DNA of 64,000 nt from Octopus bimaculoides (GCF_001194135.2 NC_068982.1:26185214-26249213), one strand, 5' to 3'. Positions 39,060 to 53,564 are shown, counted from the stretch's first letter. Notes: a model not told the origin generated them from the letters alone. Program-made: numbers and translations.

Positions 39060-40270
39060 TGGTGGCCATAATGATATAAATTTTATTGCATAATGCACAG
39101 ATGTGCCGGCTGGCAGCAGGAACAATTGCTACAGTACGAAGTCTTCTGATATGCCTTTTCAATCCTCCAATTGAGCGAATGCCGTCCCGCTTTTTGTGGA
39201 AGGTACACGTTCCATGGTCATTCACTCCATTTGGTATCAATACCCCCTGAGTGTGGTTGCTGTTTGACAGTAGCTAGTCTCTTTGACTGAGCTGCGGTCC
39301 TGGATGAAGCACAGAGTGCGGCTGGGTGCCTGGCATTTAGAGTTGCACATGTTCTGTTGTGAACAATAGCTGTATCACAATTTACTAGTGGTTGATTCGC
39401 TGGAGTTCTCTGATAGCTGATCAGGCCTGCATGACTCAAGAATTTCTTCCCACAAATCACATACATAAAAAGCAATTTTCCCTCATTTTCTCGTCCTTCA
39501 TTCTCTCTCTTTCAAACATCGAACAACCACTGTGTACTCTTTTCTTCCATCCATTTTGGTGTTGTGTCTCTCCCAATAAACAACTGAAACCCCTGTCTGT
39601 GTCAGAGCAATTCTGAAGTAGTCCTTCAGCATCATTTTGGGATTCTGTGCTGGTATCCTACCATCTTCCATCTCCCCATACAAAAGTTGCTTAGGAAGTC
39701 TTTCATCATTCATTCTCATCAGATGTCCATCCCACCTCAAACGACAGTGTAAAATCATCGATTCTACACTCATACTACCACTTCTCTCAAGTGCCTTCAC
39801 ATCACTGATTGCCATTTTCCCTTTTTTAAGTTTCATCATCAAGACCAGTAGTGTTCAAAGTACTTCCTAAATAAATTAATTTAGTTACAACTTCAAACCT
39901 TGCTCCATACAGTCATAGATGGTCCATGTCAAGTTTAGAAGGAGCAGGTTGGTACATCAGAACAATTTTCTTCAAGTTGACTGTAAGGCCCAATACTGTA
40001 TATGCTGCAGAAATCGCATTCATCATGTGTTGCATATTTTCCTGGGAATGTGCTAACAGGTCACGATCATCTGCATACAAGAAATCAATGATGTGAGAAT
40101 GAAGAACTTTCGTTTTGACACAAAGTGTTTTGAAGTTGAAAAGTTTTCCTACTATCTTATATCTTATATAAATCATTTCAGCACAACCTTCGAAAGCTAT
40201 TTGAAAGACTATTGTAAAATATAGAAAAAACAATATAGGAGCAGGAATATCACCATTTTACACCATTTTC
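39060..40270 (-). mobile_element. RTE-clade LINE 3' part, decayed
   Basis: IDFLYADDRDLLAHS...LGLTVNLKK, LRWDGHLMRMNDERLPKQLLYGE, CGKKFLSHAGLISY and GGLKRH. Confidence 0.9.
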
Positions 40271-41238
40271 TATAGAAATTGGATCTGTCAGATCCAATTT
40301 CTGTAGAAAATAGTATAAAAAATATATACATGCATACGTACACACATACTCACACATACACATATACACACTGAAGTTGTTTCTTCCCATGTTAGTTCTG
40401 ATCAGCTGGATCTACAGTCAAAAGTGTTCCTTCATATTGAGCATGTAAAACAATATTCCTCATTTACTGCTTTTCTTCATTTACAACTCTTTTTAGCTGG
40501 TCACGTTACCATATATCGAATCTTTACGTTGGTTACTCTAATACATTTGTAATTTGCAGAGGGTTTGAGACTGTTTGGTGTTGGAGAATTTTTTGGTTCG
40601 AAGAAGGAAGCTTTGCCTAATTATTCATGTTTATTAAGTTTGTGAGTCATAATGTTATCATAATGTTATTGTTGTTTAGTCTCAGGACCACCATTGATTT
40701 AGCAGGTTAATGAACATATATGTTGGCTACATTTTTTAACATGTCCTTCTATTTTTAAGAAGATTGTATGTAATTTTAGGGAGATTTACCTCTATTTCTA
40801 GTATGGTGACTGACCACATAAGGACTGCTTCTTTAGCTCGTGTGAAGTGTGTAGATGTGTGATATTCATAAGTAATGAAGGTATGATGCCGTACTCCCTT
40901 CCTTAACGCAATAACTGCATTTTTGTTTTATTCAAAGTTTAGTTTGCCCTGTCCTTGTTGAAGGGTGTCCAAGATATTATTATAGTTGCTTAGGGTTAAA
41001 ACGCTTTGACTCTGAGATACTTGCTGATGATATGGAAGGGTTCCCAACGTTGTGCTGTCACTGATGTCACTAAGTAGCTGCTGTAGTATATGCCTGGGGC
41101 AAAGTATCTCTCATTTATTTAACCTATCTTCACTGAGGGATATCCAGATAGTTGTTATTTTTATAGTTATAACTCTAGATAACCTTGATCGAGGAGACTA
41201 TGATCAAAAGCATTGCGACTGTGATCATCCTATCTTAC

Positions 41239-41322
41239 CTGTCGAAGGTGTTTCTTGGAAGTTTGTCGGCCACGTTTGTTAGATTTGCACCTTCAGGAGT
41301 GAAGCAAGCCATTGTCAAATCT
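41239..41322 (-). CDS. Weak candidate internal exon (84 nt, phase 2-2)
   Basis: Acceptor ctgaatag|, donor ACAG|gtaaga, open frame DLTMACFTPEGANLTNVADKLPRNTFD. It lies between repeat fragments. Confidence 0.2.
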
Positions 41323-42359
41323 CTATTCAGATGTTCGAACGGTCATGTTCTTGTGTTTATCACCAGATCAGCCCTAATAAAGTAGACCTGAGATCAAAAT
41401 ATTTCTACCTTGACCATCCCATTTGCTTATGGTTTGTTTCAAACACAGTGCAACTAAAACTTCATTACTCATAGCGTCCTTCAATTTTGAGACAGGAGGT
41501 CGTAACTTGATGGAGATTACGCTACTATTTTGTTTTAGCAGACAAGGATATCGCAGAGGCTCTTCTGTCATAAGAAGTGTAGGCAAATGAACATCTAACA
41601 ATGATTCTAGTTTCAGGACTCATACTTGGTTTGCTTTTGATCGAAGAGTGTAGCTAGTTTTAAAATATATTGAAAAATACGACGCATAAAGGGCGACGAC
41701 ATTTGCAAAATTCAATTTTCTATTAATCCATTCTGATTTGGATACGTAGAGATTACTCTTTTTTGTCTTTCTTCCAATTTTGCTAAACAAATATCATACA
41801 GTAAAGATATTTTTACGAAAAGTATTTAAATATGATTGAAATTTATGCGTAAATCTGCACCACGTAACTGTCAATCATAGGGTAAGTGACAGACGACAGT
41901 AATATTCCCGTAATAGTACCATGTAAAACAGAAAAATTGAAATTACCCATCATTTACTAAATTGGTTCCTTATTTACGCGTCTCTTTTCGAGTCGAATAT
42001 AGCATCTAGTTTGACAAGCACTGTTGCTCTTCTTTTGAAGTGTAACTCTTCCCTTGCCTCTTTGATTGTGGTTTTCGTCTACAGTTTTTGTTCATCGTAC
42101 CACATTATATTTTTCATATAAAAAGTAATAATATAAAAAAGAAAACGAAAGAAAGATCACAAATTACCTTTTCTTTGACGATTTTCATCAGTGTAAATTT
42201 TACGCAACATTCAACTTTTCTCATCTTCGCCACGTTTGTGACCTTTTCAATTTCATTTTGTTTTGTTTTCTTTATTTAAGAGAGTACAAAACACTATTAT
42301 TAACATTGCTGTCATATTTGAAGTTGATTCTAATTCTGTATCATGTGTGTGTATGTGTA

Positions 42360-42406
<47 letters not shown>

Positions 42407-43391
42407 TTGTATTGCATGCGTGTGTATGTCTGCGTGCGTGTGTGTATGTATGTATGTTGGTATATATGAATATTACGGGGTTTCATGACACAAAAGAGCT
42501 AGAGATCAATTTCGGTATACTATTATATTTGAAATGACTTTATATTGGTTTTAATAATGGATCTCCGTCGGTTTCGACGACGAATGTTCGAGAAACGGAA
42601 CAGCCTACTGTTTGAATATATGTGTAATTTAACTGATTATTTCGCGGGCACGTGTACCTAAGCGTAATTTGAAAGGCGATCTATGTGACGCCAGGAAATG
42701 AGAAAATTGACCCACTCGAATTATTAGTATGGTCAATTTGACGGGTTTCGAACCTTTTCCGAGTACGCTGTTTAGCTCCATCTCCATTTCAGCCCTTAAC
42801 GAGCAGACCTGTGGTCAAAGGTTTTTCAACTCAGACCACCCTATTTTTATATATGTGTCTAGGGTTACAGTCTTCAATATGACGTCAATTCTCTTAAAGG
42901 CATATGAGGCAACCTGAGACAGATTTCGCTGATACTTCTACTAAGTCGAAACCCCGCTTAGATCTTTCGCTGGCCTTATGAAAAGAGAGCCACAGTGGTA
43001 AAACAAAAGATTAAAAACGTATTCCAGACATCGCACGGAAAAGAAGTCAAGCGTGCTATCAGCTAGTTGTAGGTATTGGAGTTTTGAACTTACAACAAAC
43101 ATGGTGATATGAGCTGACACTGACTATTTAAATCATAGCCTGCAATACTAATATTCATCTAACTGAAGTAAAGTAAATATAGAAATATATCATATATGTG
43201 GCCTTTTTGCCAAGCTGCCTCATGAATATCAATTTTTTATGAGTACATAAAACAGCGAGAATCAAGTCAGTGTCATTCGTATTCAATCTTAGTAAGTTTC
43301 GACAGTACGCAGATATGCTAATTGCTGTTGTATTTTTTTGCCTCCGGAGAATGCTTTCTCCCTCCGTCCGATGTATAGAAGCAACACACAC

Positions 43392-43475
43392 GATTCAGTC
43401 ATGTAGGGTGACTTTGAGACATCGGTGTTTCTATATGATTCTCTTCCGTCAGAGCTATCCTTCATATCCCTGAAT
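43392..43475 (-). CDS. Weak candidate internal exon (84 nt, phase 2-2)
   Basis: Acceptor ccattcttgtttag|, donor ATC|gtgtgt. The only open frame is FRDMKDSSDGRESYRNTDVSKSPYMTE. Confidence 0.25.
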
Positions 43476-43751
43476 CTAAACAAGAATGGTTGTTCTAGTT
43501 TATAGAATTCAGCAAACAAATTATTTAGGGATATGTGCAGATGTCTGCCTAGTAGGTATCGAATTATTATAAGCAGGTGAAACAGCGAGGCTCGACAGAG
43601 ATATAATCATTGAAACTACCATATCTATAATTACACCTGCGTCAATCAAATAGATGTGTCGTCAATATACATAGTCTAAAAAAAGAAATGCACAAGGGGG
43701 AACACATTAGGAATGATTACGTACATCATATTTGTTCATAAAAATCAAAAA

Positions 43752-43970
43752 TTAATATTGATTTCAAATTTTGACACAAGGCCAGCAATTTTAGAGAAGT
43801 GTAAATAGATTACATTGACCCCAGTACTCAACTGGTACTTATTTTATCGATCCCGAAAGGATGAAAAGCAAAGTCGACCTCGGTGGAATTTCAACTGAGA
43901 ACATAAAGACAAACGAAATGCCTCTAATCATTTTGCCTAGTATGCCAATGATTTTGACAGCTCACCGCCT
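43752..43970 (-). mobile_element. SINE family 1, full length
   Basis: ggccagcaat...ggtacttattttatcgatcccgaaaggatgaaaagcaaagtcgacctcgg...cagctcaccgcct. Confidence 0.9.
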
Positions 43971-45924
43971 CACCAAGGAGTAATATTATAATCTGATTTC
44001 TTATTAGTATTCATTTATATATCTTAAACTTGTACTGCATATCTTACATTCATGCGAGAACCACCTGTAGTGTACACACATATATAGAGTCACAAAACTG
44101 TATTTGCAAGATTATCAACTTAACGAAATACATTTAAGAAAAAATAAAGAGAATTTAACATGGTAGGCAGGGTAAATTTATGGTATTAATTTATAAATCC
44201 AGCCTGCGTCAGGTGTCATTACTCGTATTTTCATACACAAGGCAATCTTCACATGCTGGTGCCAAGAACTGATTATATTTACATATATAAGGTAGTATTG
44301 AATTGCTTTTCGATTTATGGACTATTACATGTAATATACAGATACGAGCGAGTGTATTTAAATACACCTATATAAATATATTTAACCTACATAGCCATAC
44401 AAACATGGTAAATTTAACTATTTCTCCGTGGATTGAAAATAAAGTGATGACCAAACTTAATCGATTGTTGAACCTTATTGGGTACTCATCGGAGGTGTCG
44501 ACATCCCTGATGAATAAATAGTCAATCAGTTTACATACGTAATAAATCCAGTAGGTTCAGAGAAGTGGAGCAACTAATTTGCATTCCATAAATATTTAAC
44601 ACTTTAATATCTGCAGCCTGATATACTTTTATATGTAATCTTTGTAAATACGTGCGGTCTTCATTGCAGTAAAAAAAGTATATATATATATATAAGNNNN
44701 NNNNNNNNNNNNNNNNNNNNNNNNNNNNNNNNNNNNNNNNNNNNNNNNNNNNNNNNNNNNNNNNNNNNNNNNNNNNNNNNNNNNNNNNNNNNNNNNNNNN
44801 NNNNNNNNNNNNNNNNNNNNNNNNNNNNNNNNNNNNNNNNNNNNNNNNNNNNNNNNNNNNNNNNNNNNNNNNNNNNNNNNNNNNNNNNNNNNNNNNNNNN
44901 NNNNNNNNNNNNNNNNNNNNNNNNNNNNNNNNNNNNNNNNNNNNNNNNNNNNNNNNNNNNNNNNNNNNNNNNNNNNNNNNNNNNNNNNNNNNNNNNNNNN
45001 NNNNNNNNNNNNNNNNNNNNNNNNNNNNNNNNNNNNNNNNNNNNNNNNNNNNNNNNNNNNNNNNNNNNNNNNNNNNNNNNNNNNNNNNNNNNNNTATATA
45101 TACATATACATATACATACATGTACATATACAACTCAATTCCTATCATAAGACGACGGAAATCCACCACCATCACCAATACCACCACGCCACCAACACAA
45201 CCACCACCGCCGCCACTACCACAATATATATATGTGTGTGTTGTGTGTGTGTGTGTGTGTGTATGTGTGTGTTTGCCTGTGAGTGTGTGTTTGCCTGTGA
45301 GTGTGTGTTTGCCTGTGAGTGTGTGTGATTGAGTGGGGTGAGGTATATGTGGTGTGTGTGTATGTGTCCGTGTGTGTAAGTATATATGTATGTGTGTATG
45401 TGCGTATCTTTGTAAGTATATTATACACAAATAGAAATCACTAAAGATATTAGTCATTAAAACATATTGTTAGGAATAGTGCTATCTAAAACACTTAGTC
45501 ATCAATGACGCCACCTATACTGCTTCTCTTTATATGTGCGTTTGTGTGTGCGCGGCAGGGTGTGTGTGCGTACGTGCGTGCATAAGTATGTCTGCATGTG
45601 TATGAGTGTTTGCGTGTGTGCTTGTTTGAATGTATTGCGTATCTAGGTCTGTATATCAGTTCGAGAGTGTGTGCACACCTGTGCGTGTAATTATACATTC
45701 ACATATTTACTTACACACACAAATACGCACGCACATACACTCATATATATGCGTGTAAATACACGCATGTATATATATATCTTTGTATATACATGCACAT
45801 ACGCATGTATGAATATATATATATATACACACACAGACACACAGATAGAGATACGCGCGCACGCATGTGTAATTGTTTATACTGTATGGGGAGTATATGT
45901 TCAGGTGTCAATATATCAAATATG

Positions 45925-46215
45925 GAAAACGGTGGTCAGATGGTGGAAAAGTTAGCATGCAGGCAAAATGCTTAGCAACATTTCCACCGTCTTTACATTC
46001 GGCCGAAGTCAATTTTCTCTTTCATCCTTTAGGGAACGATCAAGGAAGTACCAGTTGAACGCTGGTTAAGTAGTTCGTCTCGCATCCATGTGGATACGCG
46101 TTCGGTCCCACTGCATAGCCTCTTGGATGAGTGTCTCTTTCAATAACCTTTGGTTCTATGGATCTGCAATACATTGTGAAGGAAACTGATCGGCGGAAAC
46201 TGTGCTGAAGCATGT
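45925..46215 (+). mobile_element. Two adjacent diverged SINE fragments (family 1 then family 2)
   Basis: gcaaaatgcttagcaacattt...ctttcatcctttaggg...agtaccagttgaac, followed by ggttaag...ggtcccactgcatagcctcttggatgagtg...ggaaactg. Confidence 0.6.
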
Positions 46216-46464
46216 AGTATGTTTGTTTTTATTTTTTTTATATATGCCAATGTGCGTTTGTATTTCTTCGCTTATGTTCGAGGATCAAGCGAATAGCAAA
46301 TAATTACTAGGTTTAGAATTAAGTACTGGGACGAATATGACCAACAAAAGTCTGTCAAGTTTGTCTTTCAGCTTGGCAACAGCTAGTGACGAAATCAAGT
46401 GAAAATGAATAATTAATGTAACTACAAAGCAAATACTATGTATGTTTGTATGTATGTATGTATG

Positions 46465-47715
46465 TATATATGCATGTCATTATTCAGTTTTTCAAGATTT
46501 CTTGCCAATAGATCTAACCTAGTTCCAAGGTTCCTTCGTTGGAATTTCAACATCAACAAAAGGGTATTTTTGTTTGCTTGTATGTATGTATGTATGTATG
46601 TATGTATGTATGTATGTGCAGATTTGTATGTTTTATGTATGTATTCTCATGCATATAGTTGCATATCTAGACATGCTCATATATATATAAATGATAAACT
46701 TCTGGAAAGTTTTACAGATATGTACAGTTTCAGTGATGGATTGGATCTGTAGTCTTCGGATTACCTTTCCCCTTTCTGGTTTTGAGAAGCGTAATTTCTT
46801 AAGATAGGTTTTTAGGCAGTATGTTGATTATCTGAGGGCCCCGATAATTACAGGAATAAACCTGAACTTGTAATCTGGATAGAATAATCACAGATTTCTC
46901 TATAGTTCAGCATAGGTGTTCTCTTTTCCACTGATCTTCAGCTTTATGTTAACATCCGCTGCACAGCTAATTTCCACAACTGTGCACAGTTACTCTTCTC
47001 CATTCCAAATCATCATAGCAGGTCTGTTGTGCTTATATCTTATTGAGGTCTTTACTGGTACATTCCACCAGTATTCCTTTTTATTTTTTAGTGGTTCTGG
47101 CTTCTACCATATCGTGGGTTCTTATATCTTTATCCTCGGGATTATCCTTCCGACGATTTCATTATAGAGTGTCCTACCTACAACGTCATGTCTCATCAGT
47201 AGATAATACCATGATGACGTTTTCGGACAACAGCTTATGATGTGGGTGATATCTTCAGTGTGAATTCCACTAAGTCTGCATCGGTTGTTACACTTTACGG
47301 ATTTACCTGCACCTTTATCCCATTTGTGCATCAGGTACTTGGTTGATATTTCCTGTTCCTGGATTACAAACGCATACTCTTCACAGTGGGAGGTAGTAAT
47401 CCGGCTATTGGTCCATGAAAAGCTGCTTTGATGATCGATGTTACTATCATGACGAAGCTTTCTAGTTACGTATCCATTCACAGTCTTCATCTGATGAATT
47501 GTTGCGGTAGAGTCGTGCGAATTCTTTGGGCATGTATTCTAGGTTATCAGACAAAGAGTATTGCTCAAGGAGCTGCCTTCCAAGTCTTATAATGTTATCA
47601 GCCTCATGTATGCAAACTTGGTCAAGGGATGCACTTCGACACTTGGTGGTTAAAAGATGTATGTTTTCTTCTGTTTTTGATTATTTGAATTCTTCATCTG
47701 AGGAAGGGCCCGGTT
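46465..47715 (-). mobile_element. R4/Dong-like LINE 3' part (zinc knuckle, REL, 3' UTR, (TACA)n tail)
   Basis: IQEQEISTKYL, CRLSGIHTEDITHIISCCPK...MRHDVV, EYWWNVPV...HNRPA, VVEISCAAD and FIPVIIGAL. Confidence 0.9.
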
Positions 47716-47719
47716 TTTA

Positions 47720-48510
47720 ACAAAGATACAGAGCACCATCGTTGGAATGTAGATAACAAAAACAAAGTGACGTTTTAAATTTCAGAAAAGTGTTGCATAT
47801 TTTTATTGTCCGCTCACAGATCTTATTTGTAATGTGTGAGTTTTTTGTGCTTTCTTTTTCTGAAAACTTTAACTTATCCAGACTGTCACTTAGCCATTTA
47901 CTCAAAAAAAAAAAAAAGTGTACCAATAATTATGGGTATAAATGTAAACTTATAACCTGGAAAGAGGTTTCGAAGCAGTTTTCCATAGTTAGCTTCATCT
48001 TCTTTGATTTTCGAAGATATATTCACATTTGCAGGAAAGCTGACATCTATGAGGTACATACTTTTCCTTAGCTGTCCTAAAGAATAACCGGGCAGTTAAA
48101 TTTATACATGACAGATGTTTCGGTGAGAATATTCCATCAGTATTCCTTGTGTTAATGCATGTGTATGCATTCAACCACAGAGGGATGTTCTATATTTACT
48201 CCAGGATAGCCATTTTGTGAATGGTATTGTAAATTGTTTTAGCGACGACATCGTGTCACATAGGAAGGTATTATCTTGATGGCACTTTTAGGCAGCTGTT
48301 CATCACATGCATGATGTCTTTCCACAGAAATATAACATGATCTACATCTTCAGTTGCATTTTAGAGTTCCGAGGGCTTTACTGTCTCTTTTGTTTATTCG
48401 GTATTTTGTTAGATTGCAAACGCATAAGCCTTCGAAGTGTGATGTAGCTGTCACGTGAGGCTGCGCTTCAGGTAGATATTACTGCCTTCTTCAAGGCTTC
48501 AGGAAATATA
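47720..48510 (-). mobile_element. Second, more decayed R4/Dong-like LINE 3' part
   Basis: EDVDHVI...YLPM*HDVVAKTIYN, DVSFPANVNIS...NYGKLLRNL, YKFTFIPIIIGT and TIKICNTFLKF. Confidence 0.75.
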
Positions 48511-48940
48511 CCCATACATATGTATGTATGTATGTATGCATGCCGTGTAATTATTTGCTTAGCAACGTTCTTAATGTGAAATCGTGTGTAGTAATAGATT
48601 TTGTTGTATTTTGGAAGAGCCATTTTGTCGATAAATACACTGTTTGTAATTTACTTCCCTTTAACATTATCATCAACTAGCTAAGTAATTATAAAATTAA
48701 TCAACTTTTTCTTCATTCATTTGGCCAATCAATCAGTTGGTACATATGCGCCTTTCGGCATAAAATATTTGTCAACAACGTCATCATTAGTCCTTTATTT
48801 AGTTAAAGGTTCTTTTAACACACTTCATATATATATGTATGTAATGTATGTATGTATGTATGTATGTATGTATGTATGTATGTGTGTGTATGCATATATA
48901 TATGTATGTTTGCATGTATTTATGCATGTATGCATGTATG

Positions 48941-48973
<33 letters not shown>

Positions 48974-49869
48974 ATGTGGGGGTGTGTGTATGTGCGTGTG
49001 CCTGTGTGCTTGCGTGTGGGCATATTATATTAAGATAGCGTGCCCGACAAATAAACGTTTTTTTGACTCGCTGTTTTAATAAATCATTCTCTCATTCAGC
49101 ATTAATACATTGATTATTTCATTCTAAGTAATTTCACAGTAACACGTAACCTCAGTTACACTTACCACCACAACGCTGTTCTACCCTAAGGTTCAGTTAT
49201 ATTACGCTCTAACTTTTGTACCTTGGATTATTACTGTTTCTAAAAATAGTCACATCTACGCAAATAAATGCCGAGCTGTGCGACTGGACTCGGAAACCCG
49301 TGGTTACAGAGCAAACTTCTTAACCACACAATCATCCTTGTGCAACAGAGTTATTGCAGGTGTTCCGCAGATAGGCTAAAGAAGATTATGTCAGCATATA
49401 CAGCATATCTAAATCTCACCAGACACACATGTCATATATATGCAGGTGCGTTCACGTATTTACACAGGTAATTAGACAAATTTAGAAAAGTCATAAAGAC
49501 TACTTGAATTGTTCCCAGAAATAACGGTTTGTCGAACGTTTTTTATAACGTACTCGCAACCTTTTATAAAACAGTGAATCATGCAATTTTAGAGTCGTCT
49601 GTATAGAAGATACAATACGTTCGCTATATTGTTTGCCTATTAGATGCGCTCTTATATTTCAGATTTCTCTTTCCCACTCTTTTTTCACTGTTTTTCCAGT
49701 ATGTCGTCATTCGAGCATACAAGAAGCTCTCATAAAACGGCGTAAGAAGAGTTAATTTAACAGCACTAAAAGCTCCCACCCAAGCAACGTAATACGTTGG
49801 CGTCATTACATACACAAACACACTTTCCATAGATTAATGTTAGGTCCCCTAGACTCGTGCGTCCATCAC

Positions 49870-50830
49870 GAATTTGCTTTAAAATACTACTTTCATACAA
49901 ATTCACTTACGTGGCACTGATGGGCCCGGTATTATAGTATAAGACATTTACTCAATGTGCGGCGCAATGGGACTGAACTCAAAACCACTGGGCTGCAAAG
50001 CGAGCTTTTAATGTTGTTTCTGATATAGGCATAAACCCTGAAATTTGGCAGGAAGGCGTTAGTCAATATCTTCGACTCCAGTCTTTATTTATACTTTATT
50101 TTATCGACCTCAGAAAGGCAAAAGCAGTGTTGACCTTAGTGGGATTTCTACTCATAATGTAAAGACCCGCAAAAAGTGTCATGAAGAATTTTGCCCGACG
50201 CTTTAGCGATTCTGCCAGATCACCCCCTTAGAAAACTCTATGATTGAACACGGTGTTCATTAACTAATATTGGTTTCAAATTTCGGTACAAGGTCGGTAA
50301 ATTTGTTGATACTCAACAGATACTTATTTTATCAACTCCTAAAGGATGAAAAGCAAAGTAGATCTCGGCAGCTTTATAGACGGACGGAATACTTATTTCT
50401 TTATTGCCCACAAGGGGCTAAACATAGAGGGGACAAACAAGGACAGACAAAGGGATTAAGTCGATTACATCGACCCTAGTGCGTAACTGGTACTTAATTT
50501 ATCGATCCCGAAAGGATGAAAGGCCAAGTCGACCTCGACGGAATTTGAACTCAGAACGTAACGGCAAACGAAATAACGCTAAGCATTTTACCCGGCGTGC
50601 TAATATTTCTGCCAACTCGCGGACGGAATGCTGTTAAGCATTTTATCCGGCGTGCTAACAATTCTGCTAGCTTGCCGATTTATTGTTGCCTAATTAATAA
50701 TAATTTTTTTTACTATAGGCACAAGGCCTGGAATTTTGGGGAAGGGGCTGATCGATTACATCGACCTCAGTGCTAGACTTTTATTCTCGTAATCGAGTAA
50801 GGATGAAAGGCAAAGTTGACCGCGATGAAA
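49870..50830 (-). mobile_element. Cluster of about five SINE copies, including a nested insertion
   Basis: Family 2 fragment at about 49870-50005. Family 1 copies at about 50010-50232, 50268-50680 (interrupted) and 50710-50830. Confidence 0.8.
50391..50620 (-). mobile_element. Younger SINE inserted into an older SINE with a 9-bp TSD
   Basis: GGACGGAAT at 50382-50390 and 50621-50629; the older SINE resumes after the second copy. Confidence 0.85.
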
Positions 50831-51646
50831 TAATAAAACATGCTAATAACAAGATCTATGTTAACTCCCAATTGTAAAATGAAATTGCATGTATTTGACA
50901 TTGAAGATTTATAACACAGTAGCAAAGTTGTAAAAATAAAAATAAAATATGGGTTTTTCAGAAATATAACCATTTTTGCTTCTCTTACGATTATATTTAG
51001 AATAAAATAAGTGCTAATGTACGTGACGTGACCAGCAGCACGAGAGCGTGTGATTATTCATTTGCTTTTTTTTTTTTACATAACTTCACCATAACTTATT
51101 TAGGAAGAAGGAGAAGAGACTATATAGAAAGTCGTAACATTCATTTTATTCCCATGTTTGCAAAAAACTAGAAATGAAAAGAAGGTTCTCCACCGATTTT
51201 GACGATTTTTACATTTATCAACACAACGACCGACTCATTGAATTAAAATGTATGTGGCCTCATATTCCACCGACATGTGTACCTTAAATCAATCCTTACG
51301 GAGAATCAGAATGACAGCTTGTGGCAAATTTTCCCCTTTGGATCATAGACACAATAGATCCAATAAATTCCCAAAGAATTTCCATCTACTAAATTTCACT
51401 CACAGTTGATTCAACATTATGGTATTTGAAATAAAAATACATTTTGATAAAACGTCTCACTGTTGGATCAAAGATCAGGACTATATGATTGACATGTGAA
51501 TTTCTTAATAATTTCACTATGCATGCTGTACATTTACCACAGCAACAAATCTACAATGCTTGTCTAATGTTCAATTCTGTTTTCTTATTGCCAGGATTCA
51601 ATTCCTTTCAGAGGTCGATCTTTTTCTAGTCTTATCCTTTATACTT

Positions 51647-51800
51647 TAGGCATGGGCAATATTTTTTGAAAAGAGGGCCGCCGCGTGAAACATGCTTCAT
51701 CATCAGGCAGGCCGAACTATTAAAAAAAAGAATCATGGGAACCTTTAGTTTTCATATCCTTCATTATAATCTTTAATTTGCGGGCCGCAGATTACTTTGA
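51647..51800 (+). mobile_element. Possible hAT/Charlie-like MITE remnant
   Basis: taggcatgggcaa terminus with internal gagggccg and gcgggccgca motifs. No clear right TIR. Confidence 0.3.
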
Positions 51801-52087
51801 CTGCTCTACATAGAAATACACTAAGTATACTGGATCGACTCAATTATAATGATGCTTTTATTGCTGCTCGCCTTCTCCTATACATCTGGCCCTTGTAACA
51901 CGTTGAGAAATCAGTATTAGATTATATTTATAAAAGCAAAAATTCTATCTATCTTTTCATTTCTCTATCTTATTCTTTTATCTTAGGCTATATTTTGTAT
52001 GACACATTTTTTCTTTCCTCGGTTTTCTCGTATATACATACATTTGCACACACACACACACACATACACACCAATACACATGCGTTT

Positions 52088-52130
<43 letters not shown>

Positions 52131-52454
52131 NNNNNNNNNNNNNNNNNNNNNNNNNNNNNNNNNNNNNNNNNNNNNNNNNNNNNNNNNNNNNNNNNNNNNN
52201 NNNNNNNNNNNNNNNNNNNNNNNNNNNNNNNNNNNNNNNNNNNNNNNNNNNNNNNNNNNNNNNNNNNNNNNNNNNNNNNNNNNNNNNNNNNNNNNNNNNN
52301 NNNNNNNNNNNNNNNNNNNNNNNNNNNNNNNNNNNNNNNNNNGAACATACACACACAAACACACACACACGCACACACACTCACACACACATGTATGTAT
52401 CAGTACACAACTATATATGTATATGTCTATATATGTTTGTATTTATGTTTGTGT

Positions 52455-52506
<52 letters not shown>

Positions 52507-52923
52507 CATATAATGTAGCTTCCAATTTCGTCTAGCCGAATTCCTGTGTATGAACCAGTGTCACTGCAAATAGCAACAAAACAATTCTTTTGTATACTAT
52601 TTTGTTCTGAAAGAAGTATTTTGCCACTTTAAGTCTGGCACATATTTCACTCCTCTTAAGTATGCATGCACAAATACACACATAGAAAAAAATAAGAAGC
52701 AGTTGATTACTATGTAGGTGACTGACATTCACATTTCTATTTGTGATCAGATTGCAGCGTCTTAAATGTTGGGAATTTGAAATCTTTAAATATCAGTATA
52801 CACAGTTGTACTTCCATTTTTTTTTGTTTCCGTTTATATAACACACACACACACACACACAAACACACATACACACTCACTCACACACATAATGCTATAC
52901 ATACATACATACATACATACACG

Positions 52924-52955
<32 letters not shown>

Positions 52956-53414
52956 TGTATGTATGTATGTATATAAATTGAAACATCTTGCTCAGTAAGC
53001 CTTTTGTTAGTTAAAGAAAAAAAATTAAAGATACAAAATGAATCTACTGAAACTTAAATGTTTTAATCGGATGATTGAGTTTTGCGTTTAAGTTTCAATA
53101 TGGGGCGTAGTGAAGATATATATTTAACAATTGTTAAGAATAAAGCTTAGACATTAGTAGCTAATTTTAAATTAGACAAATACAGACATCACTCAATGAC
53201 TTTGTGAAACAGTTTTACGGTGTTCCCACCCCGCCTTAAATGTTGACACTATTCTTTGAACAATTTATTCAGGTCTTTAGTTCAGCTAAATCCTTTTACA
53301 GGCTAAGCTGACTCATAAGGTCGTTATTTGTATTCAGTGCATATCTTCAGACACAATTTGCTGTATCCTTTAGACTTGCTGTGTCCCTAAAATGAATATA
53401 CGATTATTTCTCAC

Positions 53415-53564
53415 AGGAGCAGTTCAAGAGTGAAGTTCGGTAGGATTTCAATTCGCGGTCTATTAGAGTGTTGCAAAATACAATTTTCGAGAAAGATGTA
53501 TATGGGACATGTATGGCTGAATTGTTTGATGTTTATTTTCACAATTGGGCAATTTGGGTGTCTT
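53415..53564 (-). CDS. Weak candidate internal exon (150 nt, phase 2-2)
   Basis: Acceptor tctgtgttag|, donor CCT|gtgaga, open frame RHPNCPIVKINIKQFSHTCPIYIFLENCILQHSNRPRIEILPNFTLELL. Confidence 0.2.

Noticed and set aside
49700-49741. Plus-strand 42-nt mini-exon with a strong polypyrimidine acceptor and gtaaga donor
   Set aside because: No supporting neighbouring plus-strand exons; such isolated sites occur by chance.
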